NCBI GenBank assembly: GCA_041750555.1 | Contig: JBGSZB010000011.1 | Location: 588-64,587, forward strand | Reading direction: 5' to 3' | From: Candidatus Dojkabacteria bacterium | Lineage (GTDB): Bacteria; Patescibacteriota; Dojkabacteria; J137 | DNA: 64,000 nucleotides | In this document: positions 19,666 to 28,053 of the stretch, one piece after another | Layout of the letters: every line of letters starts with the position of its first letter | How positions within the stretch are numbered: the stretch's first letter is position 1 | The notes under the pieces: model-generated | The model's input: the letters and a program-made list of their open reading frames with translations, nothing else | The model's database searches: none | What the model was told of the DNA's origin: nothing | Made by a program: the position numbers and the translations under genes

Positions 19666-20004
19666 TTAAATAATTGATAGAGCAATTAATATTAAAGGAA
19701 TACCTAAAAATATACAGAAGAAAACAATAAAAAATATTAAGGCATAAATCCACCTTTTATCCATTCTTTTACTAAAGGAATTAAACTCATCAATATTTAC
19801 CCAATACTTGTTATTCTCAAACTTAATATATGGATAAGTATTAAAGTATAAATTATCTACAGGACTTGAATCACTTAATAAATCTAAATACTCTTTAGGT
19901 AACTCAATAGCACTCTCCTTACTTACTGCATTTTGTGAAGTTAAATAGTCTTTAACTTGTAGCCCTAACATTCTTTTAGAATATACCCTGTTACTAAACC
20001 ACAT
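19666..20004 (-). CDS. Small tail-anchored membrane protein; paralog of the 19139..19489 ORF
   Basis: 112 aa with a C-terminal TM helix and the conserved NNKYWVNIDEF block. It flanks tRNA-Leu on the side opposite its paralog. Confidence 0.4.
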   Translation of the reverse strand: MWFSNRVYSKRMLGLQVKDYLTSQNAVSKESAIELPKEYLDLLSDSSPVDNLYFNTYPYIKFENNKYWVNIDEFNSFSKRMDKRWIYALIFFIVFFCIFLGIPLILIALSII

Positions 20005-20024
20005 AAAAGTATAAATAATAAATA

Positions 20025-21083
20025 TTATTTCTCTCTAAACTTATACATTGGTAATGGCTTTTCACCCACCTCAATTCTATAACTATGAAACTTAAGTGTT
20101 GGATGATTAATTAAAATATCGTAACTACCATTTTTTAATTCACCACTGTATTCAAACTTACCATTATCTAATACTTTAAACTTAACTTCTGATTTATCAC
20201 TCTCACTAATTAAAAGAACTTCACAATTACCTACAGGATTATTACTCTTATCTACAACTATACCTTTAATAACTTTAGGAGATTTAACTATGGGAACACC
20301 TAATTTAACATTTACATCACTTTGTGATTGTTGAACCATGTCTTTTCCTTGATTACCTTCATTTACCTTAACATCATTACTCTCTTTAGATGCTTTAATC
20401 TCATGATACAAATCATTCATCTTCCCCATTAATTCTTCTCTAACACCTGGATCTGTAGTTTTTGAAAATTCAAACTTTAATTTCTCAAATTCAGATTTGT
20501 AATCTCTAGTTTCACTTAAATTACTAACTTCATTACTAGGTTGTGTTAATGGATTAGTAGGTAAACTAACTTCATTAAATATACTTTCAAATTTATCATC
20601 AAAGTTTTTAGCCCTTAATTTATCTCCTTCTAAAAAGTCTTCTGCTAAAGATTCCTCATTATCTAATCCTCCTAAATCATTTTCTGCAGTAGTATCCATA
20701 ATACTATCTAGTGCATATTTCTTTTTATTTTTTAAACTAGACACTTTTTCATACTTAGGTACTTTTTTAATATCTTCACTAGTTTTTAAAATATCTGGAG
20801 TTGCCTTTTCTTTAACCCATACATATCTTGGTGCTACTATTAAAGCTTTAATAAAGCCTCCAAACCAAGTACCGAAGTTTGGAATAATTGCCATTAAAAG
20901 ACCAACTGCTATCGCTATAAATATTAGAGGTACTTTAACTATTAAAGGTATTAGAGGAATAAAATATACACCTACACCAACTAAACAACCTATTAATATC
21001 TTACCGAATTGTTTAAGTGTAAAAGCACCAAACAATTTAAATTCTACATCTATAATGTTTTGAGGTACTGGATGTGGTTCCAT
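20025..21083 (-). CDS. Membrane protein with N-terminal TM hairpin and C-terminal carboxypeptidase-regulatory-like/Ig-like beta domain
   Basis: 352 aa. The N-terminus MEPHPVPQNIIDVEFKLFGAFTLKQF is followed by 2-3 TM helices and the C-terminus is ...GIVVDKSNNPVGNCEVLLIS...GSYDILINHPTLKFHSYRIEV. It resembles PrgI-family T4SS membrane proteins, but the match is weak. Confidence 0.35.
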   Translation of the reverse strand: MEPHPVPQNIIDVEFKLFGAFTLKQFGKILIGCLVGVGVYFIPLIPLIVKVPLIFIAIAVGLLMAIIPNFGTWFGGFIKALIVAPRYVWVKEKATPDILKTSEDIKKVPKYEKVSSLKNKKKYALDSIMDTTAENDLGGLDNEESLAEDFLEGDKLRAKNFDDKFESIFNEVSLPTNPLTQPSNEVSNLSETRDYKSEFEKLKFEFSKTTDPGVREELMGKMNDLYHEIKASKESNDVKVNEGNQGKDMVQQSQSDVNVKLGVPIVKSPKVIKGIVVDKSNNPVGNCEVLLISESDKSEVKFKVLDNGKFEYSGELKNGSYDILINHPTLKFHSYRIEVGEKPLPMYKFREK

Positions 21084-21140
21084 AAATATACTTTAACACT
21101 ATAGTTTATATTTTATATTACTTTGGGTCAATTATTGATA

Positions 21141-21896
21141 TTAATTACGTATATCTAGGTTAGAAATAACTTTTAATAATTCGTTATTTAATTTATCTCT
21201 CTTTTCTAAATCACCACATACGTAAGTTAATAAATATTTATTACCTGGGAGTTCAATTACTGAGAAATATCCAAACAGATTAATATTTCTTTTACTTGAA
21301 TTAACTCTATCTTTATTTAAAAGATTAGGATTAATTTTAACCTTATTGTATATACAAGCTACAATTGAAGAGAAGTAATGAATTAATTTAATATCAAATT
21401 TATTGTATTTACTATCATCTATTTGTGTTGCCATTTCCCCATAGTAAATAACTTGATTGAATCCCTTTATTGATTCTTGAGAAACCTTTTTTAAAGATTT
21501 TATATTAAGTTGTGTTAAAGGCTTTCTAACCCCATATGATAATAACCAATAATTTTGATCTAATAGCGCACTATTACTTAGTAATATTACTTTTTCTAAC
21601 TCAGCTAAGCCTTTAAAATTTAAAAAACTTGTTAAATGATAAGTTCCAATCCACGATTGAAACCATATACTTTTATCATTAAATCTCTTTGAAAAACCAT
21701 TTTCTAACTTTGGTATTAAACATTTATTGTATCCTAAAAAACCTCTTTTAATCCAAAAAAGATCCATATGTAATAAAAGGAATATCTTTGAGTAACTTTC
21801 AGGTAGATATCTATATTTAATATCGTATCTCCATAAAGTTTCTCTTAACTTTATGGTTAGAAAATAAATATATGATAAAAATTTTATTACTATCAT
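21141..21896 (-). CDS. Hypothetical protein
   Basis: 251-aa ORF with no recognisable motif. Confidence 0.35.
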   Translation of the reverse strand: MIVIKFLSYIYFLTIKLRETLWRYDIKYRYLPESYSKIFLLLHMDLFWIKRGFLGYNKCLIPKLENGFSKRFNDKSIWFQSWIGTYHLTSFLNFKGLAELEKVILLSNSALLDQNYWLLSYGVRKPLTQLNIKSLKKVSQESIKGFNQVIYYGEMATQIDDSKYNKFDIKLIHYFSSIVACIYNKVKINPNLLNKDRVNSSKRNINLFGYFSVIELPGNKYLLTYVCGDLEKRDKLNNELLKVISNLDIRN

Positions 21897-22159
21897 TAAA
21901 CTTTATATGGCTCTATCATAGAATATCTACTACCGTGTTCCTCTACAAACTCTGTAGTCATATCTGTACCACAATTAAACATATCTCCACCTGTATGAGT
22001 ATTTCTTAATTGAGTAACATCATAACTATCACCACTAACAGTTATTAAACATCTGGAATCTAAAAGAAGAGCATTTTGATTATTTAAAACTACAAAAGAC
22101 ACTACCCCTATTACAACTATTAATACACCTAAACCTAAGATAACTAACTTAGTATTCAT
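21896..22159 (-). CDS. Small secreted or membrane-anchored protein
   Basis: 87 aa with an N-terminal signal/anchor and two Cys. Confidence 0.3.
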   Translation of the reverse strand: MNTKLVILGLGVLIVVIGVVSFVVLNNQNALLLDSRCLITVSGDSYDVTQLRNTHTGGDMFNCGTDMTTEFVEEHGSRYSMIEPYKV

Positions 22160-22201
22160 AGACTACTATTAAAAGATATATATAATGATATATTAAAATT
22201 A

Positions 22202-22867
22202 CTATGAAGACAAAGTGAAGTCATTATCTTTAAAGCTGTAAAAGCCATTTGTAGACACAATTACATGATCAAGTAGTTTAATACCTAATATCTCACCTGC
22301 TTTTACTAAAGTTTTAGTCATCTCACAATCTTCCCTTGATGGCTCATAATCTCCAGAAGGATGGTTATGAGAGATAATAATAGCAGTTGCATTACTTTTA
22401 ATAGCAAGTTCATATACTTCTCTTGGATGAAGCATTGCTTCATTAACAGTACCAATAGATACTAACTCTTTAGAGATTAAAATATTCCTAGAGTTTAATA
22501 TGAAAACAATTAAACATTCCTTTTTAGAAGATAGGTACTCACTCATTAAAGTATAAACCTCTTTAGGAGTTAAAATCTCAGGCTTTTGTGTTAAATTTAA
22601 CCTTTTAATAAGTTCAATTGAGGAGATAATTTGAGAAGCCTTAGTTATACCAATACCCTTAATATCAGTTAAATCACTTATAGTTATAGAATTAATTCCT
22701 TTTTTAAGTATTAAATTTAAAACTTTTTTAGAAAGATTAACAACGTTTTCTCCTTTTCTACCTGTTCTAATAATTAAACTTAAAAGTTCATCATCACTTA
22801 ATTTGGATAAACCATATTTAATTAATTTTTCTCTTGGATATTCTATCCTATTTAAATCTCTTAACAT
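22202..22867 (-). CDS. radC: RadC-like JAB/MPN-domain protein (UPF0758)
   Basis: An N-terminal HhH-like region is followed by the JAMM motif HNHPSGDYEPSREDCEMT. Confidence 0.8.
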   Translation of the reverse strand: MLRDLNRIEYPREKLIKYGLSKLSDDELLSLIIRTGRKGENVVNLSKKVLNLILKKGINSITISDLTDIKGIGITKASQIISSIELIKRLNLTQKPEILTPKEVYTLMSEYLSSKKECLIVFILNSRNILISKELVSIGTVNEAMLHPREVYELAIKSNATAIIISHNHPSGDYEPSREDCEMTKTLVKAGEILGIKLLDHVIVSTNGFYSFKDNDFTLSS

Positions 22868-22945
22868 TTAAATATATTAAGTGATTTAATTTACAAAGTT
22901 ATTACAGAAAAATATTTTAAGTATATAAATATTAAAGCAATTGAA

Positions 22946-23698
22946 TTATTCAAAAAGAATAAATAAATACATAACAGCTATACCAAGAATAAAACTTAAT
23001 ATCCTTAAGATATATTTAAAACTATTACTCTCCCTATGTATTTCTGGAACTAAATTTACTAATGCAATATATATAAATTGACCAGCTGCGAATGGTATTA
23101 AAAATGTTGATACACCATCAACTAATTCGTTAAGTAAAAATGTTATTACTACACCTATCATTGCCGTTAAACCAACTAAGAGATTTGCAATTAATACCTT
23201 TTTCTTATCCCACCCGCTATATATTAAAATACCTGCATCTGCTAATTCTTGAGGTATTTCATGCAATACTACAGCAATAGTTGTAGCTACTCCAACTGCA
23301 GGACTTACAATAAAAGATGTAGCAATTGCTATTCCATCTAAAATATTATGTACACTATCTCCTACTAAATTAATTTTAGCTAATTTCTTATTATGTTTAT
23401 GAGTAGTATGATCATCTTCTAATTCATGATGATGTTGATGAATAGTTGATTCAACAATTAACATAAATATTATTCCTAAGAATAAAGAAATCATAATATC
23501 TATACTAAATCCAAATTCTTCTATAGATTCCCCTAATAAATGAAAGAATGAATCTCCAAGTAATGTACCTGCTGCAAATGAAACTAATAGAGATATTATT
23601 AAAGATTTAGAACTAATCTTTCTAAAAAATAACAGAACTCCAATTAATGATATAAGACTAACTATTAGTGAAGCTAATAAACTATTTAGTAATTCCAT
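22946..23698 (-). CDS. zupT: ZIP-family zinc transporter ZupT
   Basis: 250 aa with about eight TM helices, a His-rich loop (HQHHHELEDDHTTHKH) and the ZIP signature HEIPQELADAGIL. Confidence 0.8.
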   Translation of the reverse strand: MELLNSLLASLIVSLISLIGVLLFFRKISSKSLIISLLVSFAAGTLLGDSFFHLLGESIEEFGFSIDIMISLFLGIIFMLIVESTIHQHHHELEDDHTTHKHNKKLAKINLVGDSVHNILDGIAIATSFIVSPAVGVATTIAVVLHEIPQELADAGILIYSGWDKKKVLIANLLVGLTAMIGVVITFLLNELVDGVSTFLIPFAAGQFIYIALVNLVPEIHRESNSFKYILRILSFILGIAVMYLFILFE

Positions 23699-23714
23699 AA
23701 ATGACTATTAAAAT

Positions 23715-24218
23715 TTAAAATATTTGCTTAATTAAATGAATTGTTTGAAATTCATCTTTTGATTCGTAGACTATTTCAAATCCCATTGAAACCCAGTATT
23801 CTAATGAACCAGGAATATTCCTTTGGGTATGTAAGTATATATAACTGTATCCTTTTCTTTTTGCGAATGACTCAATTTTTTTAAACATCTTTCTTCCTAA
23901 ACCTTTTCGCCTTAAAGATTTTAGAATATAATGTCTCCACAACGAAATAGTACTATCTCCGTTAAACACTTCTGGATCTAAAAATTCATAGTTTCTATCA
24001 TATGGTCTAGCTGCAATTGTACCAACTATAGTATTTTTATCTTTTAATACTAAAAATAGTTTTTTTTCACCTATGTAGAAGTTATTAACATCATCGATAT
24101 CTTTATGCCAGACAGGATTATATTTATATCCAAAGTCAGCTTCTAAAACACCGAAAATAAAATTTCTTACTTGTGGAATATCAAATTCTTCTAATTTTAC
24201 AATTTTTAGCTTATTCAT
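23715..24218 (-). CDS. GNAT-family N-acetyltransferase
   Basis: 167 aa with the acetyl-CoA-binding motif LRRKGLGRKMFKKIESFAKRKGYSYIYL. Overlaps the upstream NAS-like gene by 8 bp. Confidence 0.6.
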   Translation of the reverse strand: MNKLKIVKLEEFDIPQVRNFIFGVLEADFGYKYNPVWHKDIDDVNNFYIGEKKLFLVLKDKNTIVGTIAARPYDRNYEFLDPEVFNGDSTISLWRHYILKSLRRKGLGRKMFKKIESFAKRKGYSYIYLHTQRNIPGSLEYWVSMGFEIVYESKDEFQTIHLIKQIF

Positions 24219-24972
24219 TTCTTAAGATAACTGCTGAATTAACTACATCATTAAAAGGATCAACTCTAAGTATTGGCTTAAAGATTTTGAATATTGAACT
24301 ACTTAAAGGCCTATATAATATTCTCCTATTACCCCAGCTAGATCTAGCAACTATATGTGTTCCCGACTTAGAGGTAGCTTTAATTCTTAAGAAAATCTTT
24401 CTTTTTGTTGAAGAATTTAAGCCTGCCAATGCTGCAACAAATACTGTATTGTAATCTTTATAGTTAAATCTTTCACCACTTGATTTAATAATTTTAATAC
24501 TACTATCTAAATCTAGCTGTTTAATTAACTTTTCGGATAGGTTAACAGCATCCTCGTCCATGTCTATAATTGTTGATTTGATATTATGATAAAGAGATAG
24601 AACAATTGCAGTCATGGGGAGTGGACCACCTCCGATAAATACAACTTCATGATTATCATGTTTAGAGCACCCCATTAAAGTAAATATTTCTAATTTTGTT
24701 AAATCAATATAATTCTTTATATAAGGGAATTTTTTAAACTCTTCTATTGAGTTATTAGAGGAAATTATTCTAAGTGACCAATATTTTTCAAGCTCATATT
24801 CTGCCTTTGCAGATAGAATCTGCAATCTTGATATTTCATACCTTGTCAGCTTAGCATCTAAAGAATACTTAACCGATTTTTCTACAAGTTGAGTAAATAA
24901 TTCGTTTACTTCAGTGCTTGGAGTAAAATCCTTCAATTCCTCAATCTTTTTATATAATTCTCTTATTGTCAT
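24211..24972 (-). CDS. Nicotianamine synthase-like (NAS/CntL-family) aminobutyryl transferase
   Basis: 253 aa. Motifs VVFIGGGPLPMTAIVLS, FVAALAGLN, RSSWGNRRILYRP and NDVVNSAVI correspond to the plant and archaeal NAS signatures VAFVGSGPLPLTSIVLA, FLAALVGM, RSAHGxRxFLYP and DDVINSVV. Confidence 0.7.
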   Translation of the reverse strand: MTIRELYKKIEELKDFTPSTEVNELFTQLVEKSVKYSLDAKLTRYEISRLQILSAKAEYELEKYWSLRIISSNNSIEEFKKFPYIKNYIDLTKLEIFTLMGCSKHDNHEVVFIGGGPLPMTAIVLSLYHNIKSTIIDMDEDAVNLSEKLIKQLDLDSSIKIIKSSGERFNYKDYNTVFVAALAGLNSSTKRKIFLRIKATSKSGTHIVARSSWGNRRILYRPLSSSIFKIFKPILRVDPFNDVVNSAVILRNE

Positions 24973-24974
24973 AT

Positions 24975-25337
24975 TTATTTACAATCTCTACATTTACCAC
25001 TTAAATTTAATTCAATATTAGAAAACGATATTTCTTTAGGCAATATTTTTTTTAACTTTTTAATATCAACATCAACTGGTATAACTTTTTCACAATTTTT
25101 ACATATAAAGTGTTGATGATAATCTCCCTCTATATTTAATTCAAATGAGGATATACCTTTTTTAATATTTACCTCTCTTAATATTCCAAGGCTTGTTAAT
25201 AGTGTTAAATTTCTATATATTGTTACTTTATCAATTTGAGGTAGTTTATTAATTACATCATTAGCAGTTAATAGAGATCTATCTTTAAATAACTTTAATA
25301 TTAAATCTCTTTTTGTTGAATGTTTCATAAAATGCAA
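24975..25337 (-). CDS. Fur-family metalloregulator (Zur/Fur-like)
   Basis: About 118-120 aa with a winged-helix N-terminus and the C-terminal structural-metal Cys pairs HQHFICKNCEKV ... CRDCK. The annotated TTG start at 25337 overlaps the operator, so the ATG at 25326-25328 (MKHST...) may be the true start. Confidence 0.7.
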   Translation of the reverse strand: MHFMKHSTKRDLILKLFKDRSLLTANDVINKLPQIDKVTIYRNLTLLTSLGILREVNIKKGISSFELNIEGDYHQHFICKNCEKVIPVDVDIKKLKKILPKEISFSNIELNLSGKCRDCK

Positions 25338-25371
25338 TTAAGTTGCGAAATTATATTGCAACTAAGTTGCA
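25333..25371. promoter_or_regulatory. Two tandem inverted-repeat operator sites TGCAA-N5-TTGCA, candidate Zur/Fur box upstream of the regulator-NAS-GNAT-zupT operon
   Basis: TGCAATTAAGTTGC (25333-25346) and TGCAACTAAGTTGCA (25357-25371) are near-identical copies with 5-bp perfect inverted arms. They sit immediately 5' of the Fur-like gene on the transcribed side. Confidence 0.45.
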
Positions 25372-25423
25372 TTGTCAAACACTAATTAAATTTAGGTGGT
25401 ATTTATAGATGTTTAATTATTGG

Positions 25424-25990
25424 TTAATTATTCTTTAATTGTTCAATAATATGTTCTGGGAAGTTATCTCTATTTAAAATATTTTTAAATGAAGATATTT
25501 TAATTAAAGCTTCATCATAACTAGTTAATAAATCATAATCTCTACCTTGTACTAAACCAAAGTAACCTCGACTTACAAGTGATAAAAACTTAGTATATAG
25601 TCTTGGCAATATTCCAATTGTAGGTCCAAATACCATCTCTTCATTTTGTGCCATTCCTAATTTATATCTCATAAATAATCTAAAAGCTTTTAAATCTGGA
25701 GTAAAGTTAGTTCCTTTTCTCATTTCAATTACTAAATGAAATATACTATTAGTGTAACTATATTTAGGATTATTTTGTATAAAGTCTTTAATTGATAATG
25801 TTTGTTGATTTAATAAAAATTCTAAATCATGAAGTTTTAATCTGTTATTAAATATTATCCTTGTAATTATCTTATTCTTTTTTAAATCTTTATCGTATTT
25901 AAAAAAAAATGTAGAGATTAAAAGTGATCTCTTGTTATTAATTTTGACGACCTTGTAATCTTTTTCTTCAGGCATAAAATTAAACTTCAA
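25424..25990 (-). CDS. Hypothetical protein
   Basis: 188-aa ORF with no recognisable motif. Confidence 0.35.
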   Translation of the reverse strand: MKFNFMPEEKDYKVVKINNKRSLLISTFFFKYDKDLKKNKIITRIIFNNRLKLHDLEFLLNQQTLSIKDFIQNNPKYSYTNSIFHLVIEMRKGTNFTPDLKAFRLFMRYKLGMAQNEEMVFGPTIGILPRLYTKFLSLVSRGYFGLVQGRDYDLLTSYDEALIKISSFKNILNRDNFPEHIIEQLKNN

Positions 25991-26034
25991 TATATTTATT
26001 ATATATCATTGTGTGTATTTATTTAAAGATATGA

Positions 26035-26325
26035 TTGAACTTTAGTACAAAAGTAATAATATATTTATATAATTATTATTTTCATTCTATGTCATACTTA
26101 AACACACTAAAGGTTATTTTAGTTATATCTATAGCAGGAATACTGTTTTCTGGTTACTTATCTTATTATGAGCTCTTTTCTGTAAATGGTTGTAGCGATG
26201 CAATAATATCTTGTGGGACAAAGAATGTAACTATTGCAAATTTACCAGCATGCGTTTATGGTTTTGTAATGTATTTAATAGTGTTTATTCTTTCACTAAC
26301 TAGTTTATTAAAGAATAGGAAGTAA
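26035..26325 (+). CDS. VKOR (vitamin K epoxide reductase)-like N-terminal fragment; truncated, possibly a pseudogene
   Basis: 96 aa. TM1 is followed by the loop Cys pair and conserved pattern ...YYELFSVNGCSDAIISCGTKNV...LPACVYGFVMYL, matching the first half of VKOR. The ORF stops before the TM4 CXXC active site, and no continuation is seen in another frame. Confidence 0.35.
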   Translation: MNFSTKVIIYLYNYYFHSMSYLNTLKVILVISIAGILFSGYLSYYELFSVNGCSDAIISCGTKNVTIANLPACVYGFVMYLIVFILSLTSLLKNRK

Positions 26326-26350
26326 TAAAGATTTTAGTCAAAATTCTTAG

Positions 26351-26668
26351 TTAGGATTCTTCTTGAACTTTTAAATACAATACGTCTAGAGTGAGACAAT
26401 GTGGTTTACCAAAAGGTTTAGGGATTTCATGGGTATATACTCCCATACTAAGAACCCCTCTTGCAATTAATTCATCAATTAATCTAAGTACTCTTCCCTC
26501 ACTTAAGAATCTATTTTTAACACACTCAACAATTAACCAACTCTTAGTAACATAGTTTAAACCAGTAGAAGATGTATATGGAATAATTACCTCATTTAAT
26601 AAAAAGGAGATATCTCTTTCAATATCACTTTCTCTTCTCTCTATATATTTATCTATAATATTAGTCAT
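26351..26668 (-). CDS. Hypothetical protein (downstream partner of the 378-aa ORF)
   Basis: 105 aa. The upstream ORF's stop overlaps this ORF's start codon in an ATGA junction. Confidence 0.35.
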   Translation of the reverse strand: MTNIIDKYIERRESDIERDISFLLNEVIIPYTSSTGLNYVTKSWLIVECVKNRFLSEGRVLRLIDELIARGVLSMGVYTHEIPKPFGKPHCLTLDVLYLKVQEES

Positions 26669-27801
26669 ACTTCACAAAATAATGGGTGTTGATAAATAAA
26701 ATTTACTAATTCTACATCAATATTTGGATTATATACCCCTGAAACATCTTTACCACTTTTTAATCTATTATAGTAATCTCTACTGTTATTCATAATATCC
26801 ATAAGTAATGATAAACATTTTATTGCTTCAAATTGATCTACAAATACAGGTATTGGTTTTACTTCATTACCTATAAAGTATCTATAAGTTACATTAGATT
26901 CATTTTCATTTACTGGTAAGTGAGCTAATAAATCAAAAATATCATTAACTTCAATTTTAATATATTGTGCTTTACCCACTTTAATATTTTTCCTTAAAGA
27001 TAATATTTTTGTAACTATAGTTAATAGTACTATCTGTAATTTTTCATATATATTAAACTCTTTTGGATTAGTAAATTTATCATCTATACATTTAGAAGTT
27101 TTATCTCTATCAAGTTCTTTAGAATGTATAAAGCTATCTAATCTAATATATATTCTTAATTCCTTACCTCCAACACATAAATGAAGTATTACAGGCATTT
27201 CTAAATGAACATCACAACCAGATAATTCTTCTAATATTGCAGATCTATCTTCTACCTTTTTTAACAAAGATCTTTCTCTTAAACCCCTACGGGCAGTTTT
27301 CCACATCTCTTTTAATTTATCTAGCGATATTTCATTAGTTATGAAACTAGTTTGTCCATTAGCATTTAAATGATTACTAAACTCATTTAATCTAAACCAT
27401 TCTTCAAAAGCTATCTCTACTAAATCAGAAACTCTGGTATCAGGATTTTGTATTAGTGGTAAATATATACTCACGAATTCTTTAAAAAACTTTTTTAATT
27501 TATCATCATAAATTGGTATATCCTTTAGGGGATATTTGTAATCACCCCTATTTTTAATTAAAAACAATACTTTATACAGATAAAGTAACATATGACCCTG
27601 TACACCTCTAAAGGATCCATATAGTTTTTCAATATCATCTTCAGTTAAAAGAGATCTCTCTATTCCTTCATCTAATTCTCTAATAGCTTCAATACTACTT
27701 AAAGATATTAGAACAGATTTATCTCTTAGTGTTTCAACGCTAGTTACCTCATCTACTCTAGAAAATAGTGAGGATTGTCTTGTATATAATAGATGTGCCA
27801 T
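26665..27801 (-). CDS. Hypothetical protein
   Basis: 378 aa, soluble, no recognisable motif. Translationally coupled to the 105-aa ORF downstream. Confidence 0.4.
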   Translation of the reverse strand: MAHLLYTRQSSLFSRVDEVTSVETLRDKSVLISLSSIEAIRELDEGIERSLLTEDDIEKLYGSFRGVQGHMLLYLYKVLFLIKNRGDYKYPLKDIPIYDDKLKKFFKEFVSIYLPLIQNPDTRVSDLVEIAFEEWFRLNEFSNHLNANGQTSFITNEISLDKLKEMWKTARRGLRERSLLKKVEDRSAILEELSGCDVHLEMPVILHLCVGGKELRIYIRLDSFIHSKELDRDKTSKCIDDKFTNPKEFNIYEKLQIVLLTIVTKILSLRKNIKVGKAQYIKIEVNDIFDLLAHLPVNENESNVTYRYFIGNEVKPIPVFVDQFEAIKCLSLLMDIMNNSRDYYNRLKSGKDVSGVYNPNIDVELVNFIYQHPLFCEV

Positions 27802-27830
27802 AAAAAAAAGAGGCTTTAAGCCTCTCTTTT
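27802..27830. terminator. Bidirectional intrinsic-terminator-like hairpin (stem AGAGGC/GCCTCT, loop TTTAA) flanked by an A-run and a T-run
   Basis: Sequence AAAAAAAAGAGGCTTTAAGCCTCTCTTTT lies between the 3' end of tRNA-Asp (minus strand) and the start codon of the 378-aa ORF. On the minus strand the hairpin is followed by U8. Confidence 0.4.
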
Positions 27831-27928
27831 AAAAGTTAATTAAATAAACAATGCTGTTCAATAGTTAAATGTAACCAAATCAAGTTAGTCCTCTTACTAG
27901 TATTTATCAAACCCTATAGGAAATTTAA

Positions 27929-28005
27929 TGGCGGGATGGAAGGGGATCGAACCCTCAACCTTTCGCGTGACAGGCGAATGCTCTAACCAGTTGAGCTACC
28001 ACCCC
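27929..28005 (-). tRNA. tRNA-Asp (anticodon GTC), CCA encoded
   Basis: Reverse-complement reads GGGGTGGTAGCTCAACTGGTTAGAGCATTCGCCTGTCACGCGAAAGGTTGAGGGTTCGATCCCCTTCCATCCCGCCA. The anticodon loop is CTGTCAC, the discriminator is G73, and a 3' CCA follows. Confidence 0.9.
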
Positions 28006-28053
28006 ATTAACTGGGTAAATGAATTTTACCAAAAAGAAGTTGTTCTTACTACA

